The translations under genes and the position numbers were made by a program. DNA of 64,000 nt. Origin: Eimeria praecox. Lineage: Eukaryota. Under the pieces are notes generated by a model that saw only the letters and a program-made list of their open reading frames with translations, had not been told where the DNA came from and searched no databases. Below, piece by piece: positions 13,401 through 23,600 of the stretch (position 1 is the first letter of the stretch; each line of letters opens with the position of its first letter). The stretch is from contig OY986948.1 in assembly GCA_963920595.1 (NCBI GenBank), positions 2,170,001 through 2,234,000 of the forward strand, written 5' to 3'.

Positions 13401-16400
13401 ATCCGATACAGAAATACAATGCAATACATGCCCATCTAAGAATCTGCCTGTTCAAGGATGCAGCAGTGCAGCACGAAGCATATCCTTCAAATCAGATCAA
13501 AAACATCAATAAACTCACCAATCCAAGAAACCCGCAAAAAAGCGAGTTAAAGTCATGCAGCACTGCATATGAATCTGTGTCGAAGGACAAGGAAACCCGT
13601 GGCCGATATGATCTCTCGCGCTTGCGGGAAAAGCTCACTTCCTGCAAGTGAGATATCGCTTAAACACCATCCAATACAACAGTACAATGCAATGCATATC
13701 CTTCTAAGAATCTGTCCGTTCACAAACCCAGCAGTGTAGCAAAGAATATATCCTTCAAATCAGATCAAGAATATCAGTAAACTCACCAATCCAGCAAACC
13801 CACCGAAAAGCGAATTTAAGCCATACACTGCATGCGAATCTGTGTCGAAGGCCAAGCAAGGCACGGGCGCATGTCATATCTATCTCGCGTGGGGAAAAAA
13901 TGCTTACTGGCTGCAAGCCATTCATCGTTCATATCCCATCCAATACAAAAATACAATGCAATGCATGCCTAAGCATATGCCTGTTCAAAGATGCACCAAT
14001 GCAGCAAGAAATATATCCTTCGAATCAGATCAAAAATATTAGTTAACTCGCCGATACAATAAACCCGCAGAAATGCTAGTTTCAGCGGATTCTACACCCA
14101 CTGCATGTGAATCTGTGTCGAAGGACAAGGAAACCACCGGCGCATGTCATATCTAGCTCGCATGGGGAAAAGGAGCTTACTGGCTGCAAGCCATTCATCG
14201 CTCAAACCCCATCCAATACAAGAATAAAATGCGATAGGTGTCTGCCTCAGAATCTGCATGCTCAAGGATGCAGCAATGTCGTAAGAAAATTATTATTCCC
14301 TTCGAATCAGGTCGAAAATATTAGTTAACTCCCCAATCCAAGAAACCCAGCGAAATGCTAGTTTCAGCGGGTTTTACACTAATTCGCGGAATTCCATGTC
14401 GATGCAGAAGGAAGCCACTGGCACATGCCATGTCTCTCATGGACAAAACAAGCTTACTAGCTGCAAGCCACTCATTGCGCAAACCCCATCCAATACAAAA
14501 ATAGAAGGCAATGCAAGCCATCTAAGAATCTGCCTGTTCAAGGATGCAGCAATGCAGCACGAAACATATCCTTCAAATCAGATCAAAAACATCAGTAAAC
14601 TCACCAATCCGAGAAACCCGCAAAAAAGCGAGTTAAAGTCATACAGCACTGCGTATGAATCTGTGTCGAAGGACAAGGAAACCCGTGGCCGATATGATCT
14701 CTCGCGCTTGCGGGAAAAGCTCACTTCCTGCAAGTGAGATATCGCTTAAACACCATCCAATACAAAAGTACAATGCAATGCATGCCTTCCTCAGCTTCCT
14801 TCTTTTCAAGGGTGGAGCAAAGCGGCATGAAATATATCCTTGCAATCACGCCAAAAATATTAACTCGCCGATACAACAAATCCACCGAAATGCTAGTTCG
14901 GGCAATTCATACATCACTGCATGCGAATCTGCGTCGAAGGACAAAGATGCCACTAGCACATGCCATATCTGTCTCGCATGGGGAAAAAAAGCTTACTCCC
15001 TGCACGTGGAACATCACTCAAAACCCATACAAAAACAGAATGCAATGCATGCCTTTCTAAGAACCTGCCTGTTCAACGATGCAGCAATGCCGCAAGGAAT
15101 AAATCCTTCAAATCAGATCAAAAACATTACTTAACTGGCCCATACAAAAAACCAACCGAAATGCTAGCTTCAGCGGATTCTACACCACTGCATGCGAACC
15201 TTTGTCGAAGGACAAGGAAGCCACTGGTGCATGCCATATCTATCTCACATGGGCAAAAAGAGCTTACTATCTGCAAGCCATTTATCGCCCAATCCCCATC
15301 CAATACAAAAATACGATGCAATGCATGCCCTTCCAAGGATATGCTGCTCAAGCATGCAACAATGCAGCAAGGCGTATATCCTTCAAATCAGATCGAAAAT
15401 CTTAGTTAACTCCCCCCCCCAAAACTTACTCCCTGCAAGTCGTACATCGCTCAAACCCCGTCCAATAAAAAAACAATGTAATGCATGTCCTCTGAACCTG
15501 CCTGATCAAGGATGGAGCAATGCGGCAAGAAATCTACCCTTCAAATCAGGTATGATCGAGGATTGAGCCATGCAACTAATGTATCCTTCAAATCAGGTCA
15601 AAAGCATTAGCTAACTCGTCGATACAACAAACCGACGGAAATGCTAGTGTCAGCGGATTTTACATTACTGCATGCGAATCTATGTCTAAGGACAAGGAAG
15701 CGGCTGGCACATGCCATATCTATCTCGCATGGGCAAAAAAACCTTACTGCCTGCCAGTCATTCAGCGCTTACGCACCACCCAGTACAAAACTGCATTCCA
15801 ATGGATAGCTTTATCAAACTCTGCCTGTTCAAGCATGCAGCAGTGCAGCAAGAAATATGTCCTTGGTATCAGATCAAAGACATGTGTAAACTCACCAATC
15901 CAAGAAATCCGCCAAAAAGCGAGTTTAAGCCCTACATCGCTGCATGCGAATGTGTGCCAAAGGTCCAGGAAGCCACTGGCGCATCTCGCATGGGCAAAAA
16001 AAACTTACTACCTGCACGTCATTCACATCTCAAACCCCCTCCCAGACAAAAATACAATGCATCTCCTTCTTAGAGTCTGCATGTTCAAAAATGCACCAAT
16101 GCAGCAAGAAATATATCAGATCGAAAATATTAGTTAACTCGCCGATACAACAAACCCACCGAAATGCTAGTTCCAGCGGATCTTACATCACTGCATGTGA
16201 ATCTGTGTCGAAGCACAAGGAAGCCACTGGCTCATGCCATGTCTACCTCGCAGGGGCAAAAAAACCTTACAACCTGCAAGACATTCATCGCTCCAACACC
16301 ATCCAATAGAAAATAAAACGCAATGCATGTCCTTTTGTGAGGCTGCGCGCTCAAAGGCGTAGCAATGCGGCTAGAAATATATCCTTCAAATCAGATCAAA

Positions 16401-17625
16401 AACATAAGTAAACTCACCAATCCAAGAAACCAGCCGGAAAGCGAATGTAAACCATACAGCATGTGCATGTGAATCGGTGTTGGAGGGAAGGAAACCAGTG
16501 GCAGATATCATCTCCCGCACTTGAGGGAGAATCTCACTCTCTGCAAGTAAGACATCGCTCAAATCCCATCCAATATAAAAATACGATGCAAAGCGTGTCT
16601 CTGCGAACCTGCCTGGTCGAGGTTTGAGCGATGCAACAAATATATCCTTTGAATCTGATCCAAAATATTAGTTAACTCGCATATACAACAGATGCACCGA
16701 AATGCTGGTTTTAGCGGATTTTACACCACTGCGTGCGAATCTTTATCGAAGGACAAGGAAGCCACAGGCACATGCCATACCTACCTCGCATGGAGGAAAA
16801 AATGCTTACTGGCTGTAAGTAATTTATCGCTCAAACCCCACCCAACACAAAAATAGAATACAATGCGTGGCTTTCTGTCAATCTGCCCGCTCGAGGATGG
16901 AGCTGAGCAGCAACAAACATCCTCGGAAATCAGATACCAGTAAGCTCACCAATCCAAGACACCCGCTCAAAACCGTGCAGCCATACATCACTTGCATGCA
17001 AATCTGTGTCGAACGACAAGGAAGCCATTGCCATATGTTATATCTATCTCGCATGGGCAAAAAGAGCTTACTAGCTGCAATTCATTCACCGCACAAACCC
17101 CATCCAATACGAAAAACGATGCAATGCATGCCTTTCTAAGAATCTGCATGTTCAAAGACGCAACGATGCAGCAAGAAATATATCCTTCAAATCATATCGA
17201 AAATATTAGTTAACTCCCCGCTACAACACACCCACCGACATGCTAGTTCCAGCGGATTCTACACCACTGCATGTGAATCTGTGTCGAAGGACAAGGACAC
17301 CACTAGCGCATGCCATATCTATCGCGCATGGGCAAAAACACTTACTCCCTGCAAGCCATTCATCGCTCAAACCCCATCCAATAAAAAAAAATACAATGCA
17401 ATGCATGCCTTTCTATGAATCTGCCTGTTCAATGATGCAGCGGCGCAGCAAGAAAGAAATCCTTCGAAGCAGATCAGAAATACTAGTTAACTCGACGGCA
17501 CAATAAACCCACCGAAAAGCTATTTTCAGTGAATTTTACACCACTGCGCGTGAAGCTGTGTCGAAGGACAAGGAAGCCACTGGCACATGCCATATCTCTC
17601 CCGCATGGGCAAAAAAGCGTACTCG
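175..17625 (-). CDS. 66 consecutive 3-nt exons, one per satellite monomer, encoding RGLPRVVAGIGELPPEGGIRGAVGRAVEAVTGAVGKLGLGKKDTGKKDTGARPKDTGKKDTGARPK
   Basis: Lowest plus coordinate and minus-strand codon, in transcription order: 17623 CGA, 17346 GGA, 17072 CTA, 16810 CCA, 16538 AGA, 16271 GTT, 16009 GTA, 15748 GCA, 15430 GGA, 15268 ATA, 14997 GGA, 14725 GAA, 14458 CTA, 14181 CCA, 13908 CCA, 13639 GAA, 13371 GGA, 13100 GGA, 12824 ATC, 12559 CGG, 12284 GGA, 12012 GCA, 11763 GTA, 11512 GGA, 11242 AGA, 10974 GCA, 10698 GTA, 10433 GAA, 10160 GCA, 9888 GTA, 9624 ACA, 9369 GGA, 9097 GCA, 8823 GTT, 8549 GGA, 8274 AAA, 8035 CTA, 7762 GGA, 7488 CTA, 7215 GGA, 6942 AAA, 6688 AAA, 6415 GAC, 6141 ACA, 5865 GGA, 5592 AAA, 5338 AAA, 5065 GAC, 4791 ACA, 4515 GGA, 4242 GCA, 3973 AGA, 3701 CCA, 3431 AAA, 3159 GAC, 2885 ACA, 2609 GGA, 2336 AAA, 2082 AAA, 1809 GAC, 1535 ACA, 1259 GGA, 986 GCA, 717 AGA, 445 CCA, 175 AAA. 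All are flanked by CAG and GTAAG/GTGAG (one GTACG). Confidence 0.82.
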
Positions 17626-20600
17626 CTGCAAGCCATCCATCGCTCAAACCCCATCCAACACAAAAATACAATGCAATACATGCCTTTCTATGAATCTGCC
17701 TATTGGAAGATGCAGAAATGCAGCAGCAAATATGTGCAAAAAGCCGAACAAAATGTGTATTGATAAGCCCGCCCTCCGAACTAGCAAGAATCCTGAAAAG
17801 CTGCGTTGAGCAATATACCCGCGCAAGTCAATCCTCCTCGAAGGGCTTTCTCCTACAAAGTATCTGCCTGACGTAGATAGCAAGCAAATCGCTCCCACTT
17901 CCTAAGTGGCTTTTGTCGCTACTTTAGCGCACTCTCTGCAGAAGAAGGCGTTAAAGAGAATAACTTGCTTGAACGGTAAACAAAAGCATAAATTGTGTCT
18001 GCTTGCTAAGAGCCCGAATTACCGGAACCAGCATGCTCCCTGCAAGTGTGCAGCCTTCGCACAAGGGGTGGTGCTGCTGCAAGCGAGTGCGTAGCATGGC
18101 CTGGGATAGACGACGCACATCCTGCAAATCCATGTTCTACCCCTATTCCCTTTGCGAGCATTCCTAAGCCCTACAGCCCTACGAAATAAAGTGGACGTCA
18201 GTATAGTACTGAAGAGAGCCGGATGGTCTCACTATTCCCGGTGAAGACAGCATAAGCAGCACCATTTAGTCAGACATTCTTCCAGTTGCATCGATGTCCA
18301 GGTACACCTGCACTTTCCCCCGAATCCGGTAAGTCCTCGCACCTTCGCGAAAGCAGGGCAAAAACAATCCTGTCACCACTGTTGCGCATCCAGTCGGTCA
18401 CATATAGATTTAACCACATGCGCAGCTTGAAGGCGCAACTCCTTCCTGTCCCGATATGGTTGCCAAGAAGGTAGCAGTAGGTAACAGAGGTCCGCCAGGC
18501 ACACACCACTGCTTTTCAACGGGGACTCTGTACCACGCAATCCAACGCGATGTCGGCAGGGAAGTGCAGTGAATGGTCGAAAGTGTTTAAACTTGAATCT
18601 AGTTAGCGCCCAAGTGCAAGAAGCCGAACACTACTGCTAAGAGCTCTATAATGCCATCAGGGGCATTGTTCGTGTATCAGGCTGCTTCAGTAACCACATT
18701 TGCCTCTGGGTATCGAATATACCCTGTAAGTATCGGATAAGAAAATGTTACACCTGGTGCTTAGCTTATTAGATGCAATGAGATTCCCCACATTACTGTG
18801 CACATCAATCTGAACCGCGAGGCTCGCCCGAGCGGTCTACACCTTTGACCAAGCTCTAGTAACTGTCGTAATGGCCGCCCTCACGACCTAAGCAGCCTTG
18901 GTTGAGTGGGCCGCAATCGACGGCGAGCGCATCCTCTGCACTGTAAACACTGGTGCTGACGTACTGCCTGTGCCGTGATTTGCATATACGTTGCGCCACG
19001 TTGCGGCATGCAGAAGTGCCCCTAATGCCACAGCCCTAAGTATATCTGCCAAAATGTGTCGGTAACCTTCCTTCAGGTAAACCAGTGCGCCGACAAAGTG
19101 TGCCTTTCTAAGGATCTAACGCATTGCCTGCTTTCCAAGGCAGACGAGAAGCATGCTGCAGAAGCATGCTGCAATTAGCAAGAAACCGCTGCCGTTCTGG
19201 TATTCAACCATGGTACACTCCTACACTGCACAAGAATTTCTCCTTCGAATTCCTTCTTCCTTGTCACGTAGCGCACGTCCTGCACGATTAGAAATAATGC
19301 AAAAAGAACGCATTGGCATTCAAGCATGAACAACACTTCCTACGCAAGAAACGATTACACACTAAAACAGACTAGTGACTCCGAAACTGCTTGCACTGCA
19401 GCATCTCTTCCATGCAAAACGAAAATGAACCCACTTTCTGTGCAATCCCACAGCCGCAACACTGCATCAAACAGCTTCAGCAAGGCGATATGCGAAAACC
19501 CGAATATCTCCCTGGTGGACGCCTGCCTCAAACGGCGCAATGCTTGCCATGGTTATCATGCTAAAGGTGTTTTCACACACCAGCAAGATGTGCAGCATAC
19601 AACTGCATATTATTTTCGTGAAGTCGGCAGCAATCGTACGCGATGCAAGCCGACCACCGCTGAAATCTCGTATGATAATAGGAAATGAGACGCATGAGGC
19701 AGGCTTAATACAGCTCACTGCCGCCATTACACGCCGCTTGCAACTGTTGCAGATGCTCTCATTTGTATTGTCAACCTCAGGATGAGAATGTAGCCTACGT
19801 CCTGGGACAGGAAAAATCACTGCATGGTAAAACAAGAAGTGTCATGCATAGTTATTCTGCATATCCACAGAAAAGGGTCGTGCATCTCTCCGATCAAGCC
19901 CTACAGAAACGAATGCGCATTGTTTGTTAACGAGGTATTCTACCGCCAGGCCTCCAAATGGCCTGCCCAAATCGCCGGGTGAGATATGGAGCCGCACAAG
20001 CTGCACAGGTAAGAATAAAAAGTCAACACCCCTCACTCAAAGGCCATGAATTTCATATACCTACTGGGAGGTCGGCAAGCGTTGCCGAAACCCTTCGCAC
20101 TGCATCGCTTCTTGCATGCGGGATGGCATTGGACTCTCTTCATGAGCAATCCCACCGAAGTACCAGCCCGTCAAATGGCCTCAGAATCACGAGACACAAG
20201 CCCAATTTTGCTCAGCTCAGAATGTCCTTTGCAAATAGTGCAATCATGATCACGCCGCAGCTGTTAGCAAGTACAAGCAATTTGCTCATCCGTTCGATTG
20301 CATGTTGCCGTCCATCACCCGATACGTTCCACAAGCGAGGCTTCGCAGTGAAACCCTTGTGCAGGTCAACCCAACAGCGTTGACCACAACATTTGCACGG
20401 TAACAGAATGCACTATCAATGCTATATGTCAACTATTCGCCAACGCAAATCTATGCCAGAAAGATAGCATACACTGCTTGTAGAATAACTGAAGCCTCGC
20501 CCAACAGACTAACCCCAAATCAGATGGAGAATCGCACTCTCTGCACAAAACAAATTCATTAGTGCGCTTGTTTAGCAATCGCAAACAAGCAGCATATCCC

Positions 20601-23600
20601 TGAAGCGCAATTGCTTAGCACTGACAACTCAATTCGCTGTATAGGAAGGAAGCCCATGTTGCAGCCTCATATGTTTCAATGCCCTACCCTCAAAATCTTC
20701 CTTCCGAACCTCTTTTGACAAACTCCTGCAAAACTCTAGAAGAGGCAGATCCCATCCCTGAGGAACCCGTACACAACCGAAACCCGCGCATTTGCACGGC
20801 TGGCAATAGTCTACCTACTCTCTAGTGGTGGAAGATCAAGAGAGCATTTGCTTTCCACATTGCAGCAGACCCCATACGCAGGCCTATTTGTCTTTGGCAA
20901 CTATGCAGCCACGTTCTGCTGTGTTGCAGATTGCACTACCGGGGGCTGCGCTCCGTCTGCCAAGGAAAGTGTGTCTGCTATAAGCTAAATTAGGAGTTCA
21001 TTACGTTGTACACGAGATAGTTGCCTGCCTGGATAGTTGCCTGCCTGGTGCTTTGTCTGCAGAACGTGCCCCTGCAACACTGATCTGTTTCTCCTTGTTA
21101 CTGGTAGTATTTATTGTATGCAGCGTCTGCTAAAAGTGAGGGAGCATACTTGCTGCAAGTGATGGAACCGGGGAGCACAAAAGGAGACACCTCGGGGGAG
21201 GCGCAGATGGCAACGTGGAGAAACCATAGCAAATACAAAAGCACTTGCGTCGGTTTTACCTCTAGGCTGCTTCGAATGCTCTGTGCATCAAACCAAACCA
21301 GCCGACGGCGTTTACCTGCAGCCACCTTCAAAGCAACCCTTACTTCCTGAGCCGAGGAAAGCACCCACCAAAGATCACTTGAACACAGCCCCTCAATCTT
21401 GCATATACACAACGCATATTTTCTTTGCACCCCTAATCTCTCAATAGTATCTTGCTCGTCAAACCAGACCGGCCAATGATGCTCAGGTGCTGTTGCCCTG
21501 CAAAGCAAGGCTCACTTTCTGGGCGGGGTAATAAGGCCATCCATCACCTTGCTTTTGAGATGCCCCACGACTCTTGCTGGCGTCTACGAAAAATGAATGT
21601 ATCCCAAATCCGTGCTGGCTCAATATTGGGCTCCCGGTGCCTCTCTTGCAATTGTCACCATCCTAATAACATATTGATGCCCACTGTATCCCCATGTTGT
21701 CAAGAGTGCCTAGAGCGCCAAGCTGCAGCCATTTTGCAAAGGAAGCCTCACTTTCTGAGGCGAGAAATAAAATCATAACATCGTTACAGGCTTCAAGAAT
21801 TCTGCATCTGCCTTCCTTAGCATGATCAAAGCATTCCTATCCCAAGTCTGCATACTTGACGCCTCGCTCTCGGCGGCCCTATGGAACACCGCATGCACGA
21901 AGTTGCGTGCAAAAAACAAAACAAGCATATGCTCGTCAAGCCGAAACATCACATCGGCAGGAGGAAGCACACATCATCACAAGCGTCCTGACATTCGCTG
22001 CAGCATGAAAAGTGCGCACAAGCATACCTAGGTGGTAACGTACGTACTGGCACCAAACACCAACCTGTTGCTGCCTTACAGCTGAACAATGTTCAGCCCT
22101 AGAACCGGCACTAACCTGATATAGAAAGTTCTTGTTGTTCGTCGAATGTCCCCTCCAGTGTGTGCAACTCACTTTCTGGGGGATGGGGTACCCGCTTTTT
22201 TGAACCATCCTCTTGAACGGCCTATGCCCGTAGGAGATTCACCACCACCGGCATCTGCTTGATGCCAAGAGAGTGGCGGCGGCAGATGTATTGGACTGCA
22301 GCATGCCGCAGCAACCTAATGCCGACACTGCAGCCTCGCGTGCAATTACGCACGCTGATACGTACGTCGCCATGGAGTAAGATTGAACACAGGAACTAAA
22401 TATCCTGCTCCGCGGCTTCTGGCATGCAGCTGCTTACTCTCTGTGCAGAAGTATACAAGCCCAAAATCTAGCTCGTTACCTTACAAGGTAAGGTTCTGCA
22501 AACCAAGTTCTAAAGGACAATAAACAGTATGCGCGGGTCACACTGTTTAGAAAGCTCCTTACCGTCTAAACCAGAAAAGGACCACCGCACCGACAGCAAT
22601 AAACTCCTCCTAGCCATTCCTTTAGTAGAAGCAGCTCTGTATGCGTTCATTGTCATAAGCGCAATAGGCCACACAATCTGCCCCCCATGAAACGGTAACG
22701 GTTTTATCTTGTATCTGCTACTTCATCTGAAGAACAAGAACTACTTACCGCCTGCGCAACAAGCAGCCGCTTACCGAAGAGGCCTTCCCTACACGAAGAC
22801 GGACTATGTGGTGCAGAGAAACTGCGTTTCCTTATTGTATTAACACTCCAGGAGCCCACTGCACAGCCTATTGCTCTACACTTCAACAAATTGAACGCAC
22901 ATCCTGCACGTTCCATCGGCCTTACCGCGTGCTCTATTGTATAGTTTGACTGCTGCAAATGAAAAAAGCCTGAAGGGGATCCATCTAACTCCACCGCCCG
23001 ACGCACAGTGAGAATGCACGAAGCCTTCAACAGAACTTTCCACAGCTAGCAGCACTCAGACATCCTGGCTCTCATCTGAATGTGCGGACGCCGACGCACC
23101 TCCTTTAGCAAATAATCACTCGCTATCTAGCCTTCATCAAAAGCCGCACAGAAGTACCCCCAGAACTCATTTTGGATGCTGCGAGCGCCCAACCGATATA
23201 ATGACCACAACACCACTCACTCGCTGAAACAAATATATCCACACTGACAACGCCAATGAATTCGTACCAATCATGACCAATACGAAAAAGCTTCGGATTC
23301 TTATCGCCTTCCTGACAGTAAATAATTCCCCCAGCCCGTGGAATGTAAGGGCCTTCAACACTTCCGACTTACACCCTGAGCATGGAGAATCCCCAGCCAC
23401 TCCGATTCCTCGCCAATTGGGAACCGTCGCCAGGCCAAAACGTTGTACTTAGTCTAGCTCCCGGAGGGTCCATGACACACTTGCTGAGCCGCAGAATGCC
23501 CACGGGCGAACCGCTTCCTGACGGGCAGGTTTACAATGGCACTTTCACAACGTCAGCCAATCTACTCTGACAGTCCACCTCGACAGGAAAATTGCTTCTG

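Larger units (their letters stand above)
1..17740. repeat. Tandem array of 66 diverged ~270-bp monomers (each monomer = one intron + one 3-nt exon)
   Basis: Recurring blocks such as aaatcagatcaaaaatattagttaactcgcc, ccactgcatgtgaatctgtgtcgaaggacaaggaagccactggcacatg, cttacNNNctgcaag and aaaccccatccaatacaaaaatacaatgcaatgcatgc. Mean period is about 268 bp (175 to 17625 over 65 intervals). The array is cut by the left window edge. Confidence 0.97.

Noticed and set aside
175..17625. Alternative +2 frame giving an Arg/Ser/Thr/Lys-rich protamine-like peptide
   Set aside because: It is open only because most triplets end in A. The wobble pattern and stops further upstream favour phase 0, though it is not formally excluded.
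1..17740. CRISPR array or plain centromeric satellite
   Set aside because: There is no short-repeat/unique-spacer structure and no cas-like ORF. A plain satellite does not explain the invariant splice signals around a variable triplet or their continuation into unique DNA.
22..17898. Dozens of similar 60-180 aa ORFs in the left array (e.g. HRTNPIQAKIQCNAC motifs)
   Set aside because: They occur in all frames and on both strands, are broken by stops and indels between monomers, and simply translate the repeat.
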